From positions 2,308,756-2,372,755 of the forward strand of contig OZ241352.1 in the NCBI GenBank assembly GCA_965200165.1: a stretch of 64,000 bases of DNA, read 5' to 3'. The notes under the pieces were generated by a model that was not told the DNA's origin, did no database searches, and saw only the letters and a program-made list of their open reading frames with translations. Position numbers and translations under genes: made by a program. Origin of the DNA: Gemmatimonadota bacterium (GTDB lineage Bacteria > Gemmatimonadota > Gemmatimonadetes > Palauibacterales > Palauibacteraceae). Shown one piece after another: positions 27,806-36,552 of this stretch; positions within the stretch are counted from its first letter, which is position 1; every line of letters starts with the position of its first letter.

Positions 27806-29158
27806 ATGCACATGATGAAGAGAGCAGCACGGACAGAGAGTCGGGTCGGTTGGCTGTGGACGACTATCGCCAGTTTGGTGCTGGCTATGGGGGCCACCGC
27901 GGGTCCTGTTTTTGGGCAAGCGGGGGCGGGGAATAGAGAGCGAATGACCTTGGATGAAGCGCTGGCTCGTGCGGAAGAAGGTGACCCGGGGAACACGGGG
28001 TGGGCTAGGAACCTTCTGCGGCAGACGGGCGGGCGCCGCCCAGTTCAAGAACTTGATGCGCTGGCGAACAAGTTGTTCGATTTGGCGCTACACGGTGATA
28101 TGGAGACGGGTGGGGCAGGAGATGCGGCTCGCAGTGCACTCATGGTTGCTGCGAGTAAGGAAACCCCTCCTGGTGGGATCCCCTACGACAGGGCCTTTGA
28201 CTTGCTGCGCCAAGTGTATGAGAAACGAGCACAGGACGCGGTTGATGAAGTGGACCCGGTAGACGAAACGTTGAAATCGTGGGCTGGCGACGCCATGAGG
28301 GCCGTCTACTTAGCAGATCCTTCTGGTCGAGGAGGTGCTTACCTGTTGCAGTTGCTGGAACGTCATGAGCCACCCGAACGGGGGACAGGCCATTCTACAT
28401 GGTGTTATGCAGCGTACATGTTGAACATGGGTCATGACTGGTATGCCAGACCACGCAAGTCTGAACTGCCAGAGCAGTATAAGGAGGACTATGCAGCGCA
28501 CTGCAACGGGCGTCGTGCAAAGCACGCAGGTCGCCGGTTAGTACCGGCAATTATACTTGATAAAGCGCCGATGACCTTGGAGGAATCCGACGTGGAAGAA
28601 GGCGACGCAGGGCACATATGGGGGAGATGGAGCTTTCTGCGGCAGACGGAGGGACACCGCCCGGTTCAAGAACTTGATGCGCTGGCAGACAGCTTGTTCG
28701 ATCTGGCACTACACGGTGATATGGAGCCGGGTGGGGCAGGAGATGCGGCTCGCAGAGCACTCCTAGCTGCTACGAATAAGAAGGTCCATGGTGGGATCCC
28801 ATACGATAGGGGTTTTGACTTGCTGCGCCGAGTGTATGAGAAGCGAGAACAGGGTGCGGTTGACCAACAATCAAAGTCGTGGGCTGCCAGAGCCATGAGG
28901 GCCGTCTACTTGGCGGATTCTGATCTCGGTGGTGCTTACCTTTTGCAGCTATTGGAGAATCATGAGCCACCCGAACGGGGGACCGGCCATTCCACATGGT
29001 GTTACGCGGCGGACCTACTGCACAGGGGACACGAGAAGGCTGTGGCGTGGTACGTGACGGGGTCGGTCATCACACTAAACATGCGCAAGTCTGAACTACC
29101 AGAGCAGTACGAGGAAGACTTTGCAGCGCACTGCGCTGCGGGTCGTGCCAAGCACTAA
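27806..29158 (+). CDS. hypothetical secreted protein made of two tandem ~200-aa copies of an uncharacterised domain
   Basis: SD AGGAGGGGGG 27791..27800. Signal peptide WTTIASLVLAMGATAGPVFGQ. Copy 1 and copy 2 share LRQT.G.RPVQELDALA..LFDLALHGDME.GGAGDAAR, GGIPYDR.FDLLR.VYEKR, AMRAVYLAD, GGAYLLQLLE.HEPPERGTGHSTWCYAA and RKSELPEQY.ED.AAHC..GRAKH. Confidence 0.7.
   Translation: MHMMKRAARTESRVGWLWTTIASLVLAMGATAGPVFGQAGAGNRERMTLDEALARAEEGDPGNTGWARNLLRQTGGRRPVQELDALANKLFDLALHGDMETGGAGDAARSALMVAASKETPPGGIPYDRAFDLLRQVYEKRAQDAVDEVDPVDETLKSWAGDAMRAVYLADPSGRGGAYLLQLLERHEPPERGTGHSTWCYAAYMLNMGHDWYARPRKSELPEQYKEDYAAHCNGRRAKHAGRRLVPAIILDKAPMTLEESDVEEGDAGHIWGRWSFLRQTEGHRPVQELDALADSLFDLALHGDMEPGGAGDAARRALLAATNKKVHGGIPYDRGFDLLRRVYEKREQGAVDQQSKSWAARAMRAVYLADSDLGGAYLLQLLENHEPPERGTGHSTWCYAADLLHRGHEKAVAWYVTGSVITLNMRKSELPEQYEEDFAAHCAAGRAKH
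27944..28570 (+). repeat. tandem repeat copy 1 (intragenic)
   Basis: Starts ATGACCTTGGATGAAGC (MTLDEA). Identical 27-mer GGGTGGGGCAGGAGATGCGGCTCGCAG at 28108..28134, also present at 28729..28755. Confidence 0.85.
28571..29158 (+). repeat. tandem repeat copy 2 (intragenic)
   Basis: Starts ATGACCTTGGAGGAATC (MTLEES). Shares long identical nucleotide runs with copy 1 (for example TTCAAGAACTTGATGCGCTGGC). Similarity continues past the end of each copy (AGCACGCAGGTCGCCGGTTAGTACCGGCAATTATAC versus AGCACTAAGTGGCTACCGACTAATTCCGGCAGTTCTAT). Confidence 0.85.
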
Positions 29159-29184
29159 GTGGCTACCGACTAATTCCGGCAGTT

Positions 29185-29814
29185 CTATCTTTTTAGAGGC
29201 TCCGGCGGCCTCTTCGGTGCCAGTGAGATAGCTCGAATGTAGACGAGGTCGTCCAGCGGGGAGTTGTCGCCACTCCCCGAGTTAGCCGCAATGTGGAACA
29301 TTACGGGGCCTGGGGTGTTGGGAGGCCGCCACCGGAAGGCCCACTCCGCCTCTTGTCCCCCGGCCGCTGAACCAGCCTGGGTATGTTGGATGTACTCCAC
29401 TCCGGTATCCGCGTCGATGACTATCTGCGTGCGCCCGTCCTCCGGGGTCACTTCACCCGCCGTTTGCCCACTCCGTCTATCCGTGTCGGCAAACCGAAAT
29501 GCTCCCTGGAACCCCGCCGCAAACATCTCGAAGCTTCGGAGGCGGACGGTGACACGGTACTCGCTGCCTGGGGCATAGCTCTCTGGGAGGCCTTCCAATT
29601 GGAGCGACGAGGGATCGTCGTCCTCCGGAGAACCGATGTGGCATTCTGTGCAGGTTGCCTCGCCGAAACCGCCCGTGTATCCCGGTGGGGCCCCTTCCAC
29701 GTGCACGAAGCCGGCCGTACCCGTCTTTACAGTTGCGGAGCCGAACGCCACGGCGATGAGCATGGTCAAGCACCGCCAACCGTGTTTACCCATCGGTTTT
29801 AGGCCTCGCACCAT
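29185..29814 (-). CDS. hypothetical secreted protein with a single CXXCH motif and a predicted beta-sandwich (DOMON/reeler-like by pattern only)
   Basis: Signal-like N-terminus (WRCLTMLIAVAFGSATVKTG). GAPPGYTGGFGEATCTECHIGS contains C-T-E-C-H. Alternating beta-strand-like pattern to the end (WAFRWRPP, VMFHIAANSGSGDNSP). Start could be ATG 29793. Confidence 0.55.
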   Translation of the reverse strand: MVRGLKPMGKHGWRCLTMLIAVAFGSATVKTGTAGFVHVEGAPPGYTGGFGEATCTECHIGSPEDDDPSSLQLEGLPESYAPGSEYRVTVRLRSFEMFAAGFQGAFRFADTDRRSGQTAGEVTPEDGRTQIVIDADTGVEYIQHTQAGSAAGGQEAEWAFRWRPPNTPGPVMFHIAANSGSGDNSPLDDLVYIRAISLAPKRPPEPLKR

Positions 29815-29879
29815 GATGACACCGGGTCGCGGGGAACCCTCACGCCACGGGGGCCCCTCGACCGATCCCGTGGTCCTAC

Positions 29880-30923
29880 TTAAGGGGCTCCGGCAGTCAC
29901 GATAGCCCGACCCACCGTGTTGGCGTCGGTTCCGAACCAGATCGAGTCGGTGCTTTCGTCGTAGTACGTGTGACGGATGGTGCCGCCCCCGCTAGGGACG
30001 TCCAGCATTCCCACGAATTCCTCGGTTGACGTGTCGAATCCCACGAACCGGTTGGGTTGGATCCCGGTCTCGACTAACCACACCCGATCGTATTTGTCGA
30101 TATCTACTCCATAAGGCCGCGACTGGTCCCCCGCCGGAAGGTCGTGTTCACGCAGGAACCCCTCACCCTCGACCACGAGGCCCAGCTTCCCCCTGCTGTA
30201 ATCCACGTACCAGATACGATCTTGCGAATCGATCACGAGTCGCCGGGGCCGCGCCCCCTCCGGGAGATCGTATAGGATCAGTTCGAAGGATGCCGGGTCC
30301 ACCATGCCGATGAGATTGGAGTTGAAGTGGGCAATCCAGGGGCGATTGGCGGAGTCCATCTTGATGCCGTAAGGCCTACTCGAACCCCTGCCGCCTCTCG
30401 TCTCGACCTCCGGAGCCTCGACGAGTCGCACCGCTCTAGTATCGGTGTCCAGGAAGCCCACCAGATTGCCGCCTTGGACGGAGAACCAGATGTTGCCGTC
30501 GTCGTCCCAGATCAAGGTGTGAGGGTCCCGAGCCCTTTCGTCGGGCATCATGATCTTTTGGATCTCTCCACTGCCCGGATCAATCACGCCGATGTGCTCA
30601 GCTCTGTTCCCGGCGTACCACACCATGCCGTCATCCGCGACGATGAGATTGTGCGGGCCCGTGCCGTCATCCATGTCAAACCGCTGGAAGCCACCCGTCT
30701 TCGGGTCCAGGACCGCGGCATAGTGGCTGCGTTGGCCGACGAACCAGACGCGACCGTCCGGTGCCACGAAGGGGTCTCTCGGTCGGCTCTCCTCGTAGGG
30801 CACCGTCCATTCTTCGATCGAGATAAGATCGCCGTTGGCCGTCATGTCTTGGGCTGCGGCATCGACGGATACCCCGAGCGAAAAGCTTACGAGTATTGCG
30901 GTGCGGGTGGTTAGGTCCATCAT
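29880..30923 (-). CDS. Vgb (streptogramin/virginiamycin B lyase)-like six-bladed beta-propeller protein, secreted
   Basis: Signal peptide. Repeated blade motif PHNLIVADDGMVWYAGNRAEHIGVIDP, PHTLIWDDDGNIWFSVQGGNLVGFLD, PYGIKMDSANRPWIAHFNSNLIGMVDP, PRRLVIDSQDRIWYVDYSRGKLG, PYGVDIDKYDRVWLVE. Confidence 0.7.
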   Translation of the reverse strand: MMDLTTRTAILVSFSLGVSVDAAAQDMTANGDLISIEEWTVPYEESRPRDPFVAPDGRVWFVGQRSHYAAVLDPKTGGFQRFDMDDGTGPHNLIVADDGMVWYAGNRAEHIGVIDPGSGEIQKIMMPDERARDPHTLIWDDDGNIWFSVQGGNLVGFLDTDTRAVRLVEAPEVETRGGRGSSRPYGIKMDSANRPWIAHFNSNLIGMVDPASFELILYDLPEGARPRRLVIDSQDRIWYVDYSRGKLGLVVEGEGFLREHDLPAGDQSRPYGVDIDKYDRVWLVETGIQPNRFVGFDTSTEEFVGMLDVPSGGGTIRHTYYDESTDSIWFGTDANTVGRAIVTAGAP

Positions 30924-31055
30924 GGATTCCCCCCTTCATACGGATCCGTGCGGATTAGACAACGGGCATCACCCAAGCCAACACTTGGCTGGAGGAATCC
31001 GCTGACTACTGTGGCAACGTTCCCTGAGGGGCGCCCGTCCCCACAGGGAGGGGGA

Positions 31056-34000
31056 TCAGAAGCCCGGGTTGAGGCTAAACTGCCAGAACCACCCCTTGCC
31101 CGGGCGGTCGAACGGCCGGACGAAGTCGAGCTCCGCGATCAACAATCCGAAGACGTTGGCCCGCGCGAAGATGCCAACGCTCGACACCCAGTCACGTTCC
31201 GAAAACGCGCAGTCCTCGGAGCAGTTGAAGTCGTCATAGCTCGTCCATGTCTTCCCCATGTCGTAGAAGGCACCAACCTCCACCGGAGGTATGCCCGGAC
31301 TAGGTATCAAGCCAATCCCCCCGAGCAACGGAAGACGGAGCTCTGCGTTCATGACGCCGAGGCGACTCCCCACGAGTTGGTCGAATGCGGGACACGAGAA
31401 CGCCCCGGTGGATCCAGCGGCACCGATGCACTCGCTGAGGTCGAAGGAGTCGTTGGCGTACCCGCGTACGAGCGATGGATACCCCAAGTAGAGCCGACCA
31501 AGCCGATAGTCGCTGGAACCGGGGCCCCAGCGACCCAGATGGAGGCCGCGCAAGGCTATCGTGAAGGGCGCCATGCGGATGTAGCGGCGAAAATCGGCGT
31601 TCACGGTCACGTACCGGAGGGTTCCCACCGAGGGCTCAACCGAGACTCGGTACCGCTGCCCGATGATCGGACTGGTGCCCCCGAAAATCGAACTGTCGTA
31701 TACCAGCGCGACACTCCCGCTGGTCTGGAACATCGATGGTGGTGCGCAACCGAAGAACTCGTCCTCCCCGCAGTCGGCGATATCGACCGTATTCCTGCCG
31801 ACGAGTTGACCGGTGAACGTGTCCGAGAAGAACTGCTCTATCTCTCCAGCGAAATCCACCTGTTGAGCACCCGCCCCGAACTCAATGCGAGAATTCCGAT
31901 TGAACGGGTAGGCGAGGATACCGCGCACCTGTCTATTGATTTCGAAGAACCGCTGGTCGGTCCATACGTCCACCAGGCGACCTTCTATCTGTACCCGTTG
32001 GATCCCGAGCTGCCGTGAGATAATCGGGATCTGCCCCGCGATGGCGGCCCAGTTCCACCGACTGGATCGATTCTCGTAACCGGCCAATAACGCCGTACCC
32101 TGAATCGCATTCCCAAAAGACGTATTGACCTGCAGCAAAGTCGAAAGGGTGTGGTCACCGAGCAGGTCCGAGAAGAAGAGGCTCGCGCCCCCGGCAAGGA
32201 AGACACCGTAGTCACTGGCCCCAAATGCAATCGATGGCTGGGAGATGAAGTCCAGTGAGAGCCGGGTCGAGTACTCCCCTTCGTCGAAGGTGATCGGATC
32301 GGCGAGGCCCAGACGCGCGTTCTCGAGCAACTCAGCGTGTGTCGTGGAGATCCTTTCCCGTGGCGGAATAATCGAGGCATCCACCTCCACGAGGAGATCG
32401 GGTGCTGTCACCCCCGCTAACACCTCGTCGTCCTCGATCACGTAGATCTCGTAGCTGAACGGCCCGCCTTTATTGACGCTGAACGCGAGTTCACCCGTCT
32501 CACGAGCGACTGAAATGGCGGGACTCAGCGCCGAAAGACCGCTCACACCCGTCCACAGGTCCGTGACTAGGTGGAGCCTGCGCGTTGCCATGTCGAGACG
32601 GTACAGATTCGAGATACCGTCGTGGTCGGAGACGAAGAAAAGATCACCACCGTCAGGCGACCACTGGGGGTTGTAGTTGCGGAACTGGTCGTCGAAGCCC
32701 GGGAGGGCCTCAACGGAGCCAGTCTCCAGGTCGTACAGCGCAACATGGTACGTTCCCGGAACCAGCAACTCGAGGTCCGTGGTATATCGATCCGTCGTAA
32801 ACGCGATGTAACGTCCGTCTGGGGACCACGCCGGGTGCAAATCGGCGAATGGGTCTGACGTAAGACGCGACACCTGTTCCGTGTCCAGATCGATGGTGTA
32901 TAGGTCCGTGAACCCATTCTGGTGCCCTGTGAAGGCGACGTTCCTTCCGTCCGGGGACCACACCGGATTGAAAATCTCTCCTATCCCCGTGTGTTCCAGT
33001 CGGATGTCGCGCTCGATACTCCCGTCGCTCATGTCCATGATCGTGAGCATCGGGTCACCCGTCTTGATCCCTGCAACCGCGAACAGGCGCCCTCCCGGAT
33101 GCCAGTCACCGGAGGAGTGAATGAACTGTAGGCTCTCAAAGTGCGGATCCACGACGTTGTTGGTGAGACGCCGCTTGACCTCGCCGGTCCGAGCATCCGC
33201 CAGGAACATCTCGATCGAGAAAAGGTCGCTCTGCGATACGTATACCAGCTCGTCGCCATCTGGTGAGAGGGACGGACCCAGATTCAGTTTCCCTTCTTCC
33301 GGGGGCTCGTAGACGACGCGGCGCCCGTAATTGTCGGGGTTTTCCGTCTCCTCGCGGGCGTCGGCAAAGTAGACTTCCAGCTCGTTCCTCCAACGCTCGG
33401 AGAGCTCGCCCAACGGCACCTCAAGCACGGCTTCGATGGCTCCCATCGCACTCCCCGTACGAGCTGCCAGATTGAGAATGCGGCCGATCTTATCGTCACC
33501 AAAGGTTCCGCCGATGAACGACCATAGGGCGTGTCCGAACCGGTAGGGGAAGAACCGGCCCGAATTGAGGTCGGGAATGGTCGGGAACCCATCTTCCAGA
33601 TCCAACGCATCCCGCATCCACATCGTGGTGAACGGATCGATGGGGCCTATCGCGAGGTACTCGGCCATCCCTTCGATAAACCACAGTGGGAGGCGCATCG
33701 CCCCTGGTACGTTTAACCCTGGTCCTCCTCCTCCTTGGCCGGTCATGTCGAATTGGAAGGCGTGAACGAGTTCGTGCCCGAGGAGGTGGTCGGTTTCGTG
33801 GAGCGACACCATCATCGGCATGACAAGCCGGCGCTTGATGATCTCCGTGAACCCCTGGGTCCCTTCGTCTATGAACTGGGCGGTCGTGTTGGTCTGCTCA
33901 AAGTCAGTGTGGTCGGCGTAGAGGATGAGGGGCTGGCGCTCTCGAAACTCGTGGTTGAGCACGCGGGAGAGGCGGGCGTACCAGCGTTCCGCCTGGCGAC

Positions 34001-34202
34001 CGACCATCACTGCGCCCTCGGCGGCCTCCTCGTAGTAGTAGATGTCAAAGTGCTCGGTCTTGAGGACCTCGAAGTCGAATGACCGGTAGACCACCTTGTT
34101 GCGTCCGAAGGAGCGCCCCGCTTGGGCCTCGAGAGCCGAAGCCACGCAGACCAGTGCCGCGAGAGAAGCAGCGAGAGAAAGAACAAATCGACTACGAACC
34201 AT
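31056..34202 (-). CDS. three-part outer-membrane protein: MA-clan HExxH metallopeptidase-like domain, TolB-like PD40 beta-propeller(s), and a C-terminal Omp85/BamA-type beta-barrel
   Basis: ORF 31056..34253 with start moved to ATG 34202 (MVRSRFVLSLAASLAALVCVASALEAQ signal). HLLGHELVHAFQF plus WFIEGMAEYL. PD40 motifs WSPDGRNVAFTG, WSPDGRYIAFTT, WSPDGGDLFFVSD, LSPDGDELVYVS. C-terminus GAFYDMGKTW..SVGIFARANVFGLLIAELDFVRPF..WFWQFSLNPGF ends in Phe. Confidence 0.8.
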   Translation of the reverse strand: MVRSRFVLSLAASLAALVCVASALEAQAGRSFGRNKVVYRSFDFEVLKTEHFDIYYYEEAAEGAVMVGRQAERWYARLSRVLNHEFRERQPLILYADHTDFEQTNTTAQFIDEGTQGFTEIIKRRLVMPMMVSLHETDHLLGHELVHAFQFDMTGQGGGGPGLNVPGAMRLPLWFIEGMAEYLAIGPIDPFTTMWMRDALDLEDGFPTIPDLNSGRFFPYRFGHALWSFIGGTFGDDKIGRILNLAARTGSAMGAIEAVLEVPLGELSERWRNELEVYFADAREETENPDNYGRRVVYEPPEEGKLNLGPSLSPDGDELVYVSQSDLFSIEMFLADARTGEVKRRLTNNVVDPHFESLQFIHSSGDWHPGGRLFAVAGIKTGDPMLTIMDMSDGSIERDIRLEHTGIGEIFNPVWSPDGRNVAFTGHQNGFTDLYTIDLDTEQVSRLTSDPFADLHPAWSPDGRYIAFTTDRYTTDLELLVPGTYHVALYDLETGSVEALPGFDDQFRNYNPQWSPDGGDLFFVSDHDGISNLYRLDMATRRLHLVTDLWTGVSGLSALSPAISVARETGELAFSVNKGGPFSYEIYVIEDDEVLAGVTAPDLLVEVDASIIPPRERISTTHAELLENARLGLADPITFDEGEYSTRLSLDFISQPSIAFGASDYGVFLAGGASLFFSDLLGDHTLSTLLQVNTSFGNAIQGTALLAGYENRSSRWNWAAIAGQIPIISRQLGIQRVQIEGRLVDVWTDQRFFEINRQVRGILAYPFNRNSRIEFGAGAQQVDFAGEIEQFFSDTFTGQLVGRNTVDIADCGEDEFFGCAPPSMFQTSGSVALVYDSSIFGGTSPIIGQRYRVSVEPSVGTLRYVTVNADFRRYIRMAPFTIALRGLHLGRWGPGSSDYRLGRLYLGYPSLVRGYANDSFDLSECIGAAGSTGAFSCPAFDQLVGSRLGVMNAELRLPLLGGIGLIPSPGIPPVEVGAFYDMGKTWTSYDDFNCSEDCAFSERDWVSSVGIFARANVFGLLIAELDFVRPFDRPGKGWFWQFSLNPGF

Positions 34203-34332
34203 GAGGCCTCCGGGACGGGCGCTGAGCAATGGCGAGCCTGACCGGACCCGCACAATTCAAAACGTACCCGAGGTTGCAGGGTGTCGCTACACAGGGTTAC
34301 AGACTACACGTCCCTATTCGTCGATAGGTCAC

Positions 34333-35001
34333 TTAAGGACGACTGAAAGACGGAGAGTCATCGCAAGAACGGTAGAATCCTCCGAGTCGGGTTCGGGCCT
34401 GGTCCGCGTCAACGATGTTTCGGAAGGGTCCTGTTTCGATACGGTGACCACCGTCATACGGCGAAAGAATGGCGTCGTAACCCGCTTGTTCCACTCGATC
34501 CACGACAGCGGCCACCCGCTCAGGGTCCCGGAAGTACCCTACCTGGAGGATGACGCACCCCCCCCGGCTGGTGACGGCATCGGCGCTGCGAAGGATGGTG
34601 ATTTTCACCCTGGCCGTACCGGGGCCAATCATTCCGAGGGAGCGCGCCGCCGCCCTCGAGACGTCCAAGACTCGCCCCTTCACGAAGGGACCGCGGTCGT
34701 TGACCATGAGTCTGATCTCCCTCCCGGTGTCCTGGTTTTCTACTAAGATAAAGGTGCCGAGGGGGAGTTCTTGATGAGCGGCAGTCCACCCGTCCATATC
34801 GTAAATGGTGCCGGAAGCGGTCGGCTGACCATGGAATGGGTGACCATACCACGAAGCGATTCCTTCCTGCACCCACCCGACCGGGTAGTCGAGGACATCG
34901 GGTGGCGTTGGGGTTGGTCCGGTGGCGGGGGGGCTTGTCCGGGACGCACAACCTTGGGTTGCCAGAAGGGTGGCGAGCAAGAGGACGGCGAGCGGCCGCA
35001 T
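34333..35001 (-). CDS. rlpA: septal ring lytic transglycosylase RlpA-family lipoprotein with C-terminal SPOR domain
   Basis: ORF 34333..35187 with start moved to ATG 35001 (MRPLAVLLLATLLATQGC lipobox), 4 nt after the stop of the upstream gene. DPBB motif GIASWYGHPFHGQPTASGTIYD..AAHQELPLGT..VNDRGPFVKGRVLDVSRAAA. SPOR-like ILQVGYFRDPERVAAVVDRVEQAGYDA. Confidence 0.85.
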   Translation of the reverse strand: MRPLAVLLLATLLATQGCASRTSPPATGPTPTPPDVLDYPVGWVQEGIASWYGHPFHGQPTASGTIYDMDGWTAAHQELPLGTFILVENQDTGREIRLMVNDRGPFVKGRVLDVSRAAARSLGMIGPGTARVKITILRSADAVTSRGGCVILQVGYFRDPERVAAVVDRVEQAGYDAILSPYDGGHRIETGPFRNIVDADQARTRLGGFYRSCDDSPSFSRP

Positions 35002-35005
35002 CCCG

Positions 35006-36415
35006 TTAGAGCGGTCCGTCACCCCAAGGTCCCCAGATTCCAAGGGTGAAGCTGGGGTTTCCTGGACCTTCGCTACTGATGTCTCCTTGAAGGTTGATGA
35101 AAAGCGTGCGACCCCCCGGTGAGAAACAAGCTCCTGCGAACTCCCGATTGTTGAGGATGTTCTGTGCGAAGGGGAAAATCTCGCCATCCCGGGTCAATCC
35201 TTGCAGATGAGTGGTGCCGGCGTTGTCTTCACAAATCAGGATTCCGCCTCTCGGACTCACCGTGATGTTGTCGGGACTGTCCAAGACCTCCGGGGAGGGG
35301 GATTCGAATACGAGAGTAAGAGATTCCTCGGACGGCGAATAACGCCAAACCTGTCCCAGCTGCGCGTCTCCACCGTTGGTGGCGTGAAAGTAGACGCTTT
35401 GATCGGCGAAGAAGCATCCCTCCAGGCGGGAGAAGCGCGCCCCGCCCAGTGCGTAACCCTGCGTCCATACAGAGCGTGGTTCGGCCTCTGCCGTTTCCGG
35501 ATCGGGATCTTCAATAGGCACCCATTCGACGCCTCTTTCGACTCCGAGCCTCTGGTTGGTACGAAGGTCGGCCTGTGGAGCATCTCGTATGGCGAGCATT
35601 TCCAACACCCCGCCATCCTCGAGGACCTCGGGGGTGTGAGGACGAAATCGATAGAACCCAGCCCTTCGATTCATGTCTTCAGTCTCGTAGACGTACCCGG
35701 TCTTCGGATCCACGGCGACAGCCTCGTGGACGAAGCGGCCCATGTCCCTCAGCGGGATGGCGTCGACGGGGCCGTCGGAAAAGGCCGGGACCTCAAAGAT
35801 GTACCCGTGTGGTACCGAGAACCCTCGCGTGGGACCCATCGTGGTTTCCTCACACGTGAGCCATGTGCCCCAGGGTGTAATGCCGCCAGCACAGTTCACG
35901 GCGGTTCCGCCCAGGCTCGCAAAATCACGCTCCAGGTGGGGACGTCCCGAAGAATCGATTCTGACTTCCAGGGTAGTGGTGCCGCCGCCCGCTTGGGAGT
36001 CCCAGGCTAGGCTGGGAGAAACAATCGGTGGGGTGAGGCCGGGAGGGTCGAATACTTCCTGGTTGCGGACCAGCCGAACGAGATCGTGGCCCGCTTCATC
36101 CTGCCCGATCTCGAAGAGCCCCATGCCGTCGTGGGCCCGAGGCGTCGGCAGGCCGTCCGACATCAACTGGCCCTCCGCGCCCAGCACGGTGTACGAGAAC
36201 CCTTCCGGCAAGGCCAGTTCGGGACCCGCCGGAATGAGGGGCCCGTAACCCGCGCCTTCCGTGACGATGGACCCGCGATTTTCTAGGCAAGCTGCGAGGG
36301 GCGCAACGGACGAGGCCAGGGCAGAGGCTCCGGCCCACCTGACGAAATCCCTGCGGCGAACCATAGTCGGTGTTTTGTGGCTCAGAGGTGACCTTTTGAC
36401 GTTGGGCGTCGTCAT
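35006..36415 (-). CDS. PhoX/DUF839-family exported protein (putative phosphatase) with Tat signal
   Basis: ORF 35006..36469 with start moved to ATG 36415. Twin-arginine leader MVRRRDFVRWAGASALASSVAPLAA. Hallmark GTAVNCAGGITPWGTWLTCEETT. PEGFSYTVL, HGYIFEVPA, FVHEAVAVDPKTGYVYETED. Confidence 0.8.
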   Translation of the reverse strand: MTTPNVKRSPLSHKTPTMVRRRDFVRWAGASALASSVAPLAACLENRGSIVTEGAGYGPLIPAGPELALPEGFSYTVLGAEGQLMSDGLPTPRAHDGMGLFEIGQDEAGHDLVRLVRNQEVFDPPGLTPPIVSPSLAWDSQAGGGTTTLEVRIDSSGRPHLERDFASLGGTAVNCAGGITPWGTWLTCEETTMGPTRGFSVPHGYIFEVPAFSDGPVDAIPLRDMGRFVHEAVAVDPKTGYVYETEDMNRRAGFYRFRPHTPEVLEDGGVLEMLAIRDAPQADLRTNQRLGVERGVEWVPIEDPDPETAEAEPRSVWTQGYALGGARFSRLEGCFFADQSVYFHATNGGDAQLGQVWRYSPSEESLTLVFESPSPEVLDSPDNITVSPRGGILICEDNAGTTHLQGLTRDGEIFPFAQNILNNREFAGACFSPGGRTLFINLQGDISSEGPGNPSFTLGIWGPWGDGPL

Positions 36416-36552
36416 TTCAATGAATCGTTCCGGTCTTGCCTGTGGTGCCAGACGTGACCATGGTAACATACCACATTCAGGGTTGTGGGCGGGAGCGCGG
36501 CATAGTCCCCTCTCGTTGGTTACGGGCCATTCGGAAGATAAGGGAGAAGGTC

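Noticed and set aside
30948-32018. 356-aa + strand ORF (and 30327..30914 +) opposite the Omp85-fusion and Vgb-like genes
   Set aside because: Shadow ORFs typical of high-GC DNA, with Arg/Pro/Gly-rich translations and no motifs. The antisense strand carries strongly supported genes.
35201-36010. 269-aa + strand ORF inside the PhoX/DUF839 gene
   Set aside because: Antisense shadow ORF. The opposite strand has the hallmark NCAGGITPWGTWLTCEE and a Tat leader.
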